NCBI GenBank assembly: GCA_963802255.1
Contig: CAWDHY010000001.1
Span: 363,842 to 427,841, forward strand
DNA from: Candidatus Magasanikiibacteriota bacterium
GTDB taxonomy: Bacteria; Patescibacteriota; Patescibacteriia; Magasanikbacterales; GWA2-37-8
Reading direction: 5' to 3'
Length of the DNA: 64,000 bases
Shown here: piece by piece, positions 19,949 through 29,151 of the stretch
Numbering within the stretch: the first letter of the stretch is position 1
Layout of the letters: the number at the start of each line of letters is the position of its first letter
Made by a program: the position numbers and the translations under genes
Notes under the pieces: model-generated
The model's input: only the letters and a program-made list of their open reading frames with translations
Told to the model about the DNA's origin: nothing
The model's database searches: none

Positions 19949-21415
19949 ATGAAGACCATCGCTATGATTCTCTGGGTTGCTCTGGTCGTGATCGCGGCGA
20001 GCGCGTGTGGTGTGGAGGCGGGCGACGGTGACTTCACCGCGACCGCGGACACCGACAGCGACACCGACTCCGACACGGATTCGGACAGCGATTCGGACAC
20101 CGACAGCGACACCGACTCCGACACGGATTCGGACAGCGATTCGGACACCGACAGCGACACCGACTCCGACACGGACGAGTGTACGGATGGCGAGGTCGGG
20201 TGCACCGACGACGACTCCTTCCACATCTGCGTGGATGGTCAGTGGTCGGCGGAACTCGATTGCGCCGGCGACCTCGTCTGCGAAGACGGTGAGTGTGTCG
20301 ATCCGGGTTCGGACTGCGAGGACGGCGAGAGTGAGTGCACCGACGACGATTCGTACCACGTGTGCGTCGGCGGCAGCTGGTCGGCAACGATTGACTGTGC
20401 CGATGGCTACGAGTGTGCGGAAGGTCAGTGCGAGCTCGTTCAGATCTGCGATCCCGGTGACGAGCGCTGCTACGGCGGAAACGCCCAGCAGTGCAACAGC
20501 GCCGGAACGGCTTGGGCCACCATCGATTTCTGCGCCTCCGATGAGGAGTGCGTGGTGGTGGGTGGCGAGGCTGAGTGCGTCGCGGACACGATTTGCACCC
20601 CCTACGACGAGCGCTGCTACGGCGGAAACGCCCAGCAGTGCAACAGCGCCGGAACGGCTTGGGCTGTCATCGACTACTGCGCCTCCGATGAGGACTGCGT
20701 GGTGGTGAGCGGTGAGGCCGAGTGCGTGTCCGATTCTATCTGCACCCCCTACGACGAGCGCTGCTACGGCGGAAACGCCCAGCAGTGCAACAGCGCCGGA
20801 ACAGCTTGGGTCACCATCGACACCTGCGGCTCCGACGAGGAGTGCGAGATGGTGGGTGACGAAGCCGAGTGTCACGAGTGCGGCGCATTCAACAGCTATG
20901 ACTGTCCCAGCGGGGAAACCTGCGAAGAGGGACAGTGCGTAGGCGGCGATGACGACGAGTGCATCGTCGGCGACCCGGCACATCAGTGCGACGAAGGGTA
21001 CGCCTGTGTGGATGGCGAGTGTGTGGAGGCCGACTGCACGGGCGCGACTGATTGTCCGACAGGGCAGGTCTGCCACATCCTCGGAACGCGCTTCGAGACC
21101 GTGGGTAGCGAGATCTACGGGTACAAGATCGACGGCGTTTGCGCTTCGGCCCCGTCCGGTACCGCCGAGTGTTGGGACAGGGACTGGGACGGCAGCGCCC
21201 TGACGATCGGCGGAGTGTGTGAGCTGTTCTACAGCGAGTACTCCCCGGACGTCTGGTACTCCTACCAGAGCACCCCGCACTGCCAGGGTTCGTCCTGGCA
21301 CAACCCGATCCCAGAATGCTGTATCCGGGACAGTATGGACAAGTGCGTCAAGCATACGGTTTCCACCGGCTTGGGCACGATCATGTCCAGCTCCTGGATC
21401 GCCCGCGTTATCTAG
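19949..21415 (+). CDS. Lipoprotein, (S/T)D-repeat Cys-rich family member 2 (488 aa)
   Basis: Signal/lipobox VVIAASACG; SD/TD tract; three near-identical about 40-aa Cys modules (CxPYDERCYGGNAQQCNSAGTAWAxIDxCASDEECVVVxGEAECV); C-terminal ECWDRDWDGSALTIGGVC...IPECC domain shared with family. Confidence 0.65.
   Translation: MKTIAMILWVALVVIAASACGVEAGDGDFTATADTDSDTDSDTDSDSDSDTDSDTDSDTDSDSDSDTDSDTDSDTDECTDGEVGCTDDDSFHICVDGQWSAELDCAGDLVCEDGECVDPGSDCEDGESECTDDDSYHVCVGGSWSATIDCADGYECAEGQCELVQICDPGDERCYGGNAQQCNSAGTAWATIDFCASDEECVVVGGEAECVADTICTPYDERCYGGNAQQCNSAGTAWAVIDYCASDEDCVVVSGEAECVSDSICTPYDERCYGGNAQQCNSAGTAWVTIDTCGSDEECEMVGDEAECHECGAFNSYDCPSGETCEEGQCVGGDDDECIVGDPAHQCDEGYACVDGECVEADCTGATDCPTGQVCHILGTRFETVGSEIYGYKIDGVCASAPSGTAECWDRDWDGSALTIGGVCELFYSEYSPDVWYSYQSTPHCQGSSWHNPIPECCIRDSMDKCVKHTVSTGLGTIMSSSWIARVI
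20048..20170 (+). repeat. 48-nt tandem repeat about 2.5 copies (SD/TD dipeptide tract)
   Basis: gacaccgacagcgacaccgactccgacacggattcggacagcgattcg repeated. Confidence 0.75.
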
Positions 21416-21646
21416 TAGTTCCTACCTTGTTCTTTCAGGTCGACGGCGCCTTTAAAGCCGTCAATTCATATGAGATGATCTGTCTCTCGGATAATCTCAG
21501 ATGAATCAAAGAATCCGGGCCTTGTGCCGGGATTTTTTGTTTTTGATGATTACATGGTTTTGCTGTCACAAACACACCTCTTTATGCGTAATATCTAATG
21601 TAATATCAGTGGTTTTTGACATTTTTGTGGATAATCATATAAACAC

Positions 21647-21675
21647 TTGACAACAGAGCCAAAAAGTGTTAATAT
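21647..21675 (+). promoter_or_regulatory. Sigma70 promoter TTGACA - 17 nt - TAATAT, extended -10 (TGt)
   Basis: cTTGACAacagagccaaaaagtgtTAATAT about 300 nt upstream of gene 21973. Confidence 0.5.
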
Positions 21676-21716
21676 TTAGTGTTACAATTTATGTGTATTT
21701 CAAGCTGATTAGCAAT

Positions 21717-21775
21717 TGAGAGAGGTGGCTAATTTTGGCGAAATACAGCGCAAAACCTCTCTCGGCGAGGTTTTT
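21717..21775 (+). promoter_or_regulatory. Conserved leader element: GAGAGAGG ... CCUCUCUC hairpin followed by a short GC stem and U-run (attenuator-like)
   Basis: tGAGAGAGG (21717-21725) is perfectly complementary to CCTCTCTC (21756-21763), followed by ggcgaggTTTTTgttaTTTTT; same GA/CU motif pair as in leader 18341-18424. Confidence 0.35.
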
Positions 21776-21972
21776 GTTATTTTTATTGGCGTCAATATTT
21801 TCATGCTAAATTTTTTGGCTTGAAACAGGGACGCTTCCCCTGGCCGTACTCGCTTATGCGTAATTCGGCTTGAAGCTAAATATAATAGTACCTTGAAAAT
21901 TGAAGGGAACAAAAATAAACAATCGCGATTGGAATCGCGACAAACAGAATCGAAGGAAAAGAGGAGGAAAAG

Positions 21973-24723
21973 ATGAGAAAGTATTTGGTCTGGTTTGCGA
22001 TCGTCCTGTCTGCGACCGGATGTATCTCGCCGAACATGGGGGGAAACGGAGACGAGTACAAGTTCGGCAGTGACACGGACACGGACACGGACACCGACAC
22101 GGACACCGACACGGACACCGACACGGACACCGACACGGACACCGACACGGACACCGACACGGACACCGACACGGACACCGACACGGACACCGACACGGAC
22201 ACCGACACGGACACCGACACGGACACCGACACGGACACCGACACGGACACCGACACGGACACCGACACGGACACCGACACGGACACCGACACGGACACCG
22301 ACACGGACACCGACACGGACACCGACACTGGTGACGGTGGCCCGGATGGTGGAGACACTGATTCGGGCGTTGACTGCATCAGCGGGCCGTGTTGCAACGC
22401 GGGCGGATTCTTCCAACCCGAAGGATACCCTTGCGCTTCGTTCGCCGAGTATCAATGCAATGGGACTCTTTGCGGAGCCGACGCTCAGTCGCGCTCAGTG
22501 ACGCAGTTCTGCTCGGGCGAAAGTTTCGAGTGCGACGGCGATACGTTCGAGACGGTCTGGGCGACAATCCAGAACTGTTCAGACTCCGACGTCTGCAACA
22601 CCGATATGGTTTCTTATGCCGAGTGCGCCGAGTGCGACCTTGGTTGTGAAGATGTCGGTGGAATCGGCGACTGTCTTTTGGAGTGCGATCCTGCCGACGA
22701 ATGCTGCGGATCCGATGGTCTCTTCGAGATCGTGGGCACCCTTTGTGGTGATTCATCCGACAGCGTGTGCGACGGAGCGGATACTTGCGACGGCGCCGGT
22801 GTGTGCCTCGAGAATATCGAGCCAGACACGACTGAATGCCACGCATCTGCCGGAGATTGCGACATCACGGAATTCTGTGATGGCGCTGGCGCTTGTCCTA
22901 CCGATACGTTCGAAGCGGCGCTTATTGAGTGCCGTCCTTCCGCTGGTGTTTGCGATATCGCTGAGTACTGTACCGGCGATTCGCCGGCTTGTCCTTCCGA
23001 TGAGGTGGAGTTCACGAGTTTGCCCTGCGACAGCTGGGCAGAATATCAGTGCTTCGCCGGAACCGGAGATGGATGCGGAGCTGACGCTCAAGCGCGTTGG
23101 GCTACGCAGTACTGTGGCGGTGGGGTTTCGTGCGATGGCAGTATCTTCAGTACCGCCTGGATGACTATCCAGAATTGCGGTGATGATGATATTTGTTTCA
23201 CCGATACCTTCTCCTACGCCGAGTGTGAGGTCTGTGATGTCGGCTGTACGGATGGTGAATGTGATGATCTGCCTGACGGCGGCGCTGACACCGACACCGA
23301 CACCGACACGGATACGGATACGGACACGGACACGGATACCGACACGGATACCGACACGGATACGGATACCGACACGGATACCGACACGGATACCGATACC
23401 GACACCGATACGGATACCGATACGGACACGGACACGGATACGGATACCGATACCGACACGGATACCGACACGGATACCGATACGGACACGGATACCGACA
23501 CGGATACCGATACGGATACCGATACGGATACCGATACGGATACCGATACCGATACCGATACGGATACCGATACTGGGGACTGCGTCCCTGGCGATATGTG
23601 CTGTGATCTCGCCGGCAATTTCGAGCCGGCCGGTACGTCCTGCGGTGACACCACTGCTTCGACCTGCGACAACCCCGACACCTGTGATGGTGGCGGCAAC
23701 TGCGAGTCGAACTACGAGCCGACTACCACTGTTTGCCGCCCGGCGGCAGACATCTGCGACGTGGATGATTTCTGCAATGGTGCAGGACTCTGCGATCCGG
23801 ACGAGGTGGAGCTCGAGTTCGTGGAGTGCCGAGGTTCTCTCGGTGCTTGCGACGCGGTGGATTACTGCGATGGTATCACCACATCGTGTGATGACGGACT
23901 GCTCTTCGGCGATGTCTGCCACGCTTCGGCCGGCGACTGTGATCCCGAGGAGACCTGCGACGGTGCGTTGCCGGATTGTCCGGTCGACACGCTCGAGCCA
24001 GACACCACGGTATGCCGTGCGGAAACCGGTGACTGCGACAACGCCGAGACCTGTACCGGTAGCTCTGCTACCTGTCCGGCCGACACGTTCAAGTCGCCGT
24101 CTACCATCTGCGATACCTCCTACGAGTTCAGATGCAATGGCTCGCTCTGCGGGTCCGATGCTCAGCGCAGACTGGTTCGCCAGTACTGTGACGGCACCGG
24201 TGCCGCCTGTGACGGGTCCATCTACTACAACAGCTGGTTGACGATCGAAAACTGCGACGCTTCCTCTGTTTGCATCGCGACTCCCATTTCTGCTACCTGC
24301 GACGTTTGCGGTTACGAGTGTCAGAACATTCCTGACGGTACCTGCGTCGGCGAAGAGGACGAACCCTGTGCTGAGCCTCCTTTCGAGGAGTGCGATGACG
24401 GGCTCGTCTGCACCGAAGGTATCTGCGGTACCGAACCCGATGGCGGGACGGACGGCGGAATCGACGGCGGCGCTGACACCGACACCGGATACCGATACGG
24501 ACACCGACACGGATACGGATACGGATACCGACACGGATACGGACACCGACACGGACACCGACACGGACACCGATACCGACACGGACACGGACACCGACAC
24601 GGATACCGACACGGATACGGATACCGATACGGATACCGATACGGACACCGATACGGATACCGATACGGATACCGATACGGATACCGATACGGATACCGAT
24701 ACTGGGGACTGCGTCCCTGGTGA
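21973..24723 (+). CDS. Lipoprotein family member 3, segment A of a 4.2-kb gene (real frame ends at a +1 frameshift about 24487; the ORF tail to 24723 is an out-of-frame read of the repeat as GYRYGHRHG...)
   Basis: Lipobox LSATGC followed by [16 protein letters not shown] (same post-Cys motif as 15629). About 42 consecutive TD dipeptides, Cys-rich modules (CRxxxGxCDxxExCxGxxxxCPxD), second TD tract, first copy of the 909-bp block. Confidence 0.6.
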   Translation: MRKYLVWFAIVLSATGCISPNMGGNGDEYKFGSDTDTDTDTDTDTDTDTDTDTDTDTDTDTDTDTDTDTDTDTDTDTDTDTDTDTDTDTDTDTDTDTDTDTDTDTDTDTDTDTDTDTDTGDGGPDGGDTDSGVDCISGPCCNAGGFFQPEGYPCASFAEYQCNGTLCGADAQSRSVTQFCSGESFECDGDTFETVWATIQNCSDSDVCNTDMVSYAECAECDLGCEDVGGIGDCLLECDPADECCGSDGLFEIVGTLCGDSSDSVCDGADTCDGAGVCLENIEPDTTECHASAGDCDITEFCDGAGACPTDTFEAALIECRPSAGVCDIAEYCTGDSPACPSDEVEFTSLPCDSWAEYQCFAGTGDGCGADAQARWATQYCGGGVSCDGSIFSTAWMTIQNCGDDDICFTDTFSYAECEVCDVGCTDGECDDLPDGGADTDTDTDTDTDTDTDTDTDTDTDTDTDTDTDTDTDTDTDTDTDTDTDTDTDTDTDTDTDTDTDTDTDTDTDTDTDTDTDTDTDTDTDTDTDTDTDTGDCVPGDMCCDLAGNFEPAGTSCGDTTASTCDNPDTCDGGGNCESNYEPTTTVCRPAADICDVDDFCNGAGLCDPDEVELEFVECRGSLGACDAVDYCDGITTSCDDGLLFGDVCHASAGDCDPEETCDGALPDCPVDTLEPDTTVCRAETGDCDNAETCTGSSATCPADTFKSPSTICDTSYEFRCNGSLCGSDAQRRLVRQYCDGTGAACDGSIYYNSWLTIENCDASSVCIATPISATCDVCGYECQNIPDGTCVGEEDEPCAEPPFEECDDGLVCTEGICGTEPDGGTDGGIDGGADTDTGYRYGHRHGYGYGYRHGYGHRHGHRHGHRYRHGHGHRHGYRHGYGYRYGYRYGHRYGYRYGYRYGYRYGYRYWGLRPW
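22093..22326 (+). repeat. Perfect 12-nt tandem repeat (gacaccgacacg) x about 19.5, encoding (TD)n
   Basis: Exact head-to-tail copies over about 234 nt, read directly from the sequence. Confidence 0.9.
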
Positions 24724-25609
24724 TACGTGCTGTGATCTCGCCGGCAATTTCGAGCCGGCCGGTACGTCCTGCGGTGACACCACTGTTTCGACCTGCGACA
24801 ACCCCGACACCTGTGATGGTGGCGGCAACTGCGAGTCGAACTACGAGCCGACTACCACTGTTTGCCGCCCGGCGGCAGACATCTGCGACGTGGATGATTT
24901 CTGCAATGGTGCAGGACTCTGCGATCCGGACGAGGTGGAGCTCGAGTTCGTGGAGTGCCGAGGTTCTCTCGGTGCTTGCGACGCGGTGGATTACTGCGAT
25001 GGTATCACCACATCGTGTGATGACGGACTGCTCTTCGGCGATGTCTGCCACGCTTCGGCCGGCGACTGTGATCCCGAGGAGACCTGCGACGGTGCGTTGC
25101 CGGATTGTCCGGTCGACACGCTCGAGCCAGACACCACGGTATGCCGTGCGGAAACCGGTGACTGCGACAACGCCGAGACCTGTACCGGTAGCTCTGCTAC
25201 CTGTCCGGCCGACACGTTCAAGTCGCCGTCTACCATCTGCGATACCTCCTACGAGTTCAGATGCAATGGCTCGCTCTGCGGGTCCGATGCTCAGCGCAGA
25301 CTGGTTCGCCAGTACTGTGACGGCACCGGTGCCGCCTGTGACGGGTCCATCTACTACAACAGCTGGTTGACGATCGAAAACTGCGACGCTTCCTCTGTTT
25401 GCATCGCGACTCCCATTTCTGCTACCTGCGACGTTTGCGGTTACGAGTGTCAGAACATTCCTGACGGTACCTGCGTCGGCGAAGAGGACGAACCCTGTGC
25501 TGAGCCTCCTTTCGAGGAGTGCGATGACGGGCTCGTCTGCACCGAAGGTATCTGCGGTACCGAACCCGATGGCGGGACGGACGGCGGAATCGACGGCGGC
25601 GCTGACACC
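23572..25609 (+). repeat. Tandem direct duplication: two 909-bp near-identical copies (23572-24480 and 24701-25609) separated by a 220-bp TD-repeat tract (period 1129 bp)
   Basis: Copies align base for base from actggggactgcgtccctgg... to ...cgacggcggcgctgacacc. Only a few substitutions are visible (ggcgatatg vs ggtgatacg; actgcttcg vs actgtttcg). The antisense ORFs 23862-24107 and 24991-25236 are identical. Confidence 0.85.
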
Positions 25610-25765
25610 GATACGGATACCGATACGGATACGCGACACGGACACGGATACCGACACGGATACGGACACCGACACGGATACCGACACGGATACCGACACG
25701 GATACGGATACCGATACGGATACCGACACGGATACGGATACCGAACTCTGGGAGTGTGTGTCTGA
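24368..25765 (+). CDS. Segment B of the same gene (real coding about 24487-25634 in this frame; second copy of the Cys-rich block). The ORF-track N-terminus MLSLLS... is an out-of-frame artefact.
   Basis: The frame carries PDTDTDTD... then [25 protein letters not shown]... identical to segment A residues, then [11 protein letters not shown] followed by an RHGHGY out-of-frame repeat read after a second +1 shift near 25634. Confidence 0.5.
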   Translation: MLSLLSRSAMTGSSAPKVSAVPNPMAGRTAESTAALTPTPDTDTDTDTDTDTDTDTDTDTDTDTDTDTDTDTDTDTDTDTDTDTDTDTDTDTDTDTDTDTDTDTDTDTDTDTGDCVPGDTCCDLAGNFEPAGTSCGDTTVSTCDNPDTCDGGGNCESNYEPTTTVCRPAADICDVDDFCNGAGLCDPDEVELEFVECRGSLGACDAVDYCDGITTSCDDGLLFGDVCHASAGDCDPEETCDGALPDCPVDTLEPDTTVCRAETGDCDNAETCTGSSATCPADTFKSPSTICDTSYEFRCNGSLCGSDAQRRLVRQYCDGTGAACDGSIYYNSWLTIENCDASSVCIATPISATCDVCGYECQNIPDGTCVGEEDEPCAEPPFEECDDGLVCTEGICGTEPDGGTDGGIDGGADTDTDTDTDTRHGHGYRHGYGHRHGYRHGYRHGYGYRYGYRHGYGYRTLGVCV

Positions 25766-26213
25766 CACTGACTGCACTGATCCGGCTTTGCCCATCTGCT
25801 CACAGTTCCACATCTGCGTGGAGTGTGAGTACGGCGAAGACTGTTTCGTCGATGAAGGGTGTGGCAAGGAATCGTTCACCTGCGAACCCATTCCGAAGCC
25901 CGCAGTGGGTGAGTATCTGTTCTGTTGGGACCTCGATCCCGACGGCGACCCCCTCACTATCAACAGTACTTGTGATGACTTCGACGTCGTTGATGGCTGT
26001 GACTACTGGGGGCCGGTGCCCTGGCAGTACGAGGAAGGCGTAGGTATGCCGATTTGTGGCAGCTGCGATTGGGTCGTCGATCACTGTGAGGCGTGTGCCG
26101 AACAGGAACCCATTCCGGAGTGTTGCCTCAGCAATCAGTGGAACTTCTTTGAGCTGGATCCTGTGGAGCGGATTTGTCTGACGCAGGGACTGCTCATTGA
26201 ATTCATTCCATAG
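25497..26213 (+). CDS. Segment C of the same gene (real coding about 25634-26213: TD tract plus conserved C-terminal domain FCWDLDPDGDPLTINSTC...IPECC)
   Basis: Frame carries (TD)n then ELWECVSDTDCTD... and the family C-terminal domain; stop at 26211-26213. Confidence 0.55.
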   Translation: MLSLLSRSAMTGSSAPKVSAVPNPMAGRTAESTAALTPIRIPIRIRDTDTDTDTDTDTDTDTDTDTDTDTDTDTDTDTDTDTELWECVSDTDCTDPALPICSQFHICVECEYGEDCFVDEGCGKESFTCEPIPKPAVGEYLFCWDLDPDGDPLTINSTCDDFDVVDGCDYWGPVPWQYEEGVGMPICGSCDWVVDHCEACAEQEPIPECCLSNQWNFFELDPVERICLTQGLLIEFIP

Positions 26214-26240
26214 ATAGTTCCCTCCAATCGTTCTTTTCTC

Positions 26241-26260
26241 GCCCCATCTTCGGATGGGGC
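26241..26260 (+). other. GC hairpin GCCCCATC-ttcg-GATGGGGC (UUCG tetraloop) 28 nt after the gene end
   Basis: Perfect 8-bp stem read from the sequence. Confidence 0.5.
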
Positions 26261-26312
26261 AAATCACCATGAGATTATCATTACTCTCTCTTTGATGATC
26301 TCAGTTGATACG

Positions 26313-26346
26313 CAAAACCCGTCTTTACCGGCGGGTTTTGCGTTTT
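26313..26346 (+). terminator. Rho-independent terminator CAAAACCCG-tctttaccgg-CGGGTTTTG + CGTTTT
   Basis: 9-bp stem followed by U-rich run; closes the GC-rich island. Confidence 0.6.
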
Positions 26347-26416
26347 ATTGTAGGATTATATTCAAGTAAAAATTATTTATCATAATAGTAGAAATAAAAG
26401 ATGATAATATTTACTT

Positions 26417-27946
26417 TTGTTCAATTTAATGATATTATTTATGCGTATGAAATCACTTTTACCCTTAGATACAGATGCAAAACAGCATTTGTTTTGGAGC
26501 ATACTAGCCGTTTCATCCGTGGCCGTTTTTTGCACTGCCACTATTTGTTTTGGCTTATCGCTCGCATTGTATTTCTTTTCGTTTTTATTAATATTTCTCG
26601 CCACCATTATGCGGCCGGAGGCCGGTTTGTATGTTGTTGTTATCGGCACGATGTGGTTTGAAAGATACTTTACTCTCTTACCCATTACCGCAAATGGCGT
26701 GGATTACAAATTATATCCTTTAGATTTAGTTATATTATTTATAGTTTTAAGTGTCGGAGCGCGTCTTTTGGAAGGACGATTAAAGTGGAAGTTTAAAAAA
26801 ATTGATTTTTTTCTTATCGGATTCGGCATTGCCTGCACTTATGGAATGATTATCGCCATATCCCGTCATCTAAATTTAGCTTTAGCATTTGGAACATACA
26901 AAAATTATTTTATTTACGGGATTTTGTATTTTCTTGTTGCAGTTATCCTGCGGACAAAGGATGATTGGCTGAAATTTATGAAGGCGTTAACCGTCGGAGG
27001 AGCCGGGCTTTTTTTCTTTTTATTTTATGGTTTAATTGTTGGCAAAGGATTATGGAGCGAGTATACGCCGCTATCGACGGCCGGCGAACGTTTAATTGCC
27101 GGTACGCATATATTTTATTTTGTGATTTTTTTCTTTTGGCTGATATCATGGATTATCTGGCCGATTGCCAAAGAACACGCGAGAAGAAAAACATATAACA
27201 TTTTTATTTTTATCGCCTTGTCTCTTATCGGCGTTGCACTAGTCGTATCGCTGGTAAGACATTTGTGGATAGCGGTTGCGGCCGTCCTGTTATTTTGGGT
27301 GCTTTTTTTGCCGACAATTCGGAGGCGCTTGCGTTATTTATATATTGTTGTCGCCGTATCGGCTGTATCAGCTATATTAATGTTTGCCTACATAAATGTC
27401 GGAAAAATATTTTTTAAAGCGACCGGCGAATCATTTTCTAATACATCGCAGGTGCTTTCTGAGCGGACCGATGTGGAGTATGCAACCAGTGGCCAGGACG
27501 CCAGTTTTCGTTGGCGTTTATCAACCTGGAAGGTTGGCCTTTCCGCCTGGATGACTCATCCGTTTTTTGGCGTAGGCCTTGGATATGAAATTTATGGTTT
27601 GGACAATAACTGGCCTTTTCACATTGCTATGCGCGAGATCCACAACGATTATTTAGCCATTTTGTATCAACTTGGAGCAATCGGTTTTTTGGTTATTGTG
27701 GAGTGGATGATATATCTTTGGTATCAGTTTTTTAAAAACCGGTCTTCAATGCTTTCTTCGGATGATCCGGAAGAATCCAGATTATTTTTTACCTGGTGGA
27801 GCGTTGCACTAACACTAATGGCAGGTTTTACCATTTCCATTTATTGGGATGTAAATTTTTTCAACATTTGGTGGTGGATTGCGTTGGCGGCTGTAAGATT
27901 TTTATGGTTTAAATTTTCCGAATATGAGAATCCTGGAAATAAATAA
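26417..27946 (+). CDS. O-antigen ligase / Wzy_C-family polytopic membrane protein (WaaL/PglL-like)
   Basis: About 12 TM segments; periplasmic loop HIAMREIHNDYLAILYQLG typical of the Wzy_C/O-antigen ligase signature (H..NDYL); host-like AT-rich codons. Confidence 0.6.
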   Translation: MFNLMILFMRMKSLLPLDTDAKQHLFWSILAVSSVAVFCTATICFGLSLALYFFSFLLIFLATIMRPEAGLYVVVIGTMWFERYFTLLPITANGVDYKLYPLDLVILFIVLSVGARLLEGRLKWKFKKIDFFLIGFGIACTYGMIIAISRHLNLALAFGTYKNYFIYGILYFLVAVILRTKDDWLKFMKALTVGGAGLFFFLFYGLIVGKGLWSEYTPLSTAGERLIAGTHIFYFVIFFFWLISWIIWPIAKEHARRKTYNIFIFIALSLIGVALVVSLVRHLWIAVAAVLLFWVLFLPTIRRRLRYLYIVVAVSAVSAILMFAYINVGKIFFKATGESFSNTSQVLSERTDVEYATSGQDASFRWRLSTWKVGLSAWMTHPFFGVGLGYEIYGLDNNWPFHIAMREIHNDYLAILYQLGAIGFLVIVEWMIYLWYQFFKNRSSMLSSDDPEESRLFFTWWSVALTLMAGFTISIYWDVNFFNIWWWIALAAVRFLWFKFSEYENPGNK

Positions 27947-29144
27947 ATTTTATTATCGTCGAGGCGGTGCCGATCTTCATTTTTTAGACCTTTGTGATAT
28001 TTTGAAATCAAAAGGGGAGTCGGTTTCGATTTTTTCAATGAAGGATAAGCGCAATGAGCCGACGCCTTATGAAAAATATTTTGTTTCTAATATCGAATTC
28101 GGTTCATTGAATTTCGGCTCGTTGTCGCGTCCGTTACGGGTTATTTATTCACGCGAGGCAGCTAAAAATATTGAGCGTTTAATAAAGGATGAACGTCCTG
28201 ATATAGCTCACGCGCACCTTATTTATCATCATTTGTCTCCGTCTATTTTGTCGGTATTGAAAAAGGAGAAAATTCCCGTCGTAATGACTATACACGATTG
28301 GAAACCGCTTTGCCCGAATTATTTAATGTTTACGAATGGCTCCGTTTGTGAACGGTGCAGAGGCGGTCATTATTTTCAGTGCGCGAAGCATTCATGTATT
28401 CATCATTCGTTTCCTCAAAGCGTGCTGGCCTCATTGGAGGCGTACATACATCATGCCAAAAAATATTACGAAGAGTATGTTGATTTATATATTGCGCCAA
28501 GCAATTTCGTGAAAGAGATGTTTGTTAAATGGGGTTTTCCGGAAAAAAAGATTGAAGTAATTCCGCATTTTTTACCACCGACAATTGAGCGGGTCAACAG
28601 CGTCACCCAACCCCCTAGAGAACCGAGCTTCGCTTTTGTCGGGAGAATTAATGAAGAAAAGGGTGTCCAGACGCTGGTTAAACAATGGGTGGAGAAAAAA
28701 ATTCCTTATTCACTGCATGTATTTGGCGGCGGTCCGCTATTTTTATCTTTGAAAAATATTGTGGATAAGTCCGGTATGAATAACATTTTTTTGCATGGAG
28801 CAATGTCGCGTGAAGATGTGGCCAAATATTTAAGACAGATGACGGCGATTATTATTCCCAGCGAATGGTACGAAATTTTTGGCTTAGTCGCTATTGAAGC
28901 TTGGTCGCAAGGCATACCGGCGATTACTTCAACATTCGGTTCTTTGCCGGAACTTGTAAAAAAATCAGGGGCCGGAATTTCTTTAGATCTGGAAGGCGAT
29001 AATTTATTTAACACACTGCAAAAAATATCTGATATCACATACAGGCAAAATGCAGTTGAGTATATGGCAAAAAATCATTTTTCTGATGAATACTATCTTA
29101 GTTTAAAGAAAGTTTTTCAAAAAGCGCAATCTTTAGCCAGATAA
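27924..29144 (+). CDS. Glycosyltransferase family 4 (GT-B fold)
   Basis: C-terminal EWYEIFGLVAIEAWSQGIPAITSTFGSLPELV matches the GT4 E-x7-E nucleotide-sugar binding region. Confidence 0.75.
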   Translation: MRILEINKFYYRRGGADLHFLDLCDILKSKGESVSIFSMKDKRNEPTPYEKYFVSNIEFGSLNFGSLSRPLRVIYSREAAKNIERLIKDERPDIAHAHLIYHHLSPSILSVLKKEKIPVVMTIHDWKPLCPNYLMFTNGSVCERCRGGHYFQCAKHSCIHHSFPQSVLASLEAYIHHAKKYYEEYVDLYIAPSNFVKEMFVKWGFPEKKIEVIPHFLPPTIERVNSVTQPPREPSFAFVGRINEEKGVQTLVKQWVEKKIPYSLHVFGGGPLFLSLKNIVDKSGMNNIFLHGAMSREDVAKYLRQMTAIIIPSEWYEIFGLVAIEAWSQGIPAITSTFGSLPELVKKSGAGISLDLEGDNLFNTLQKISDITYRQNAVEYMAKNHFSDEYYLSLKKVFQKAQSLAR

Positions 29145-29151
29145 TTTTTTT

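Noticed and set aside
21973-26213. Treating ORFs 24368-25765 and 25497-26213 as independent genes starting at [12 protein letters not shown]…
   Set aside because: That N-terminus is the out-of-frame reading of the 3' end of the Cys-rich block and is identical in both ORFs. The in-frame continuation of the upstream reading frame shows they are segments of one interrupted gene.
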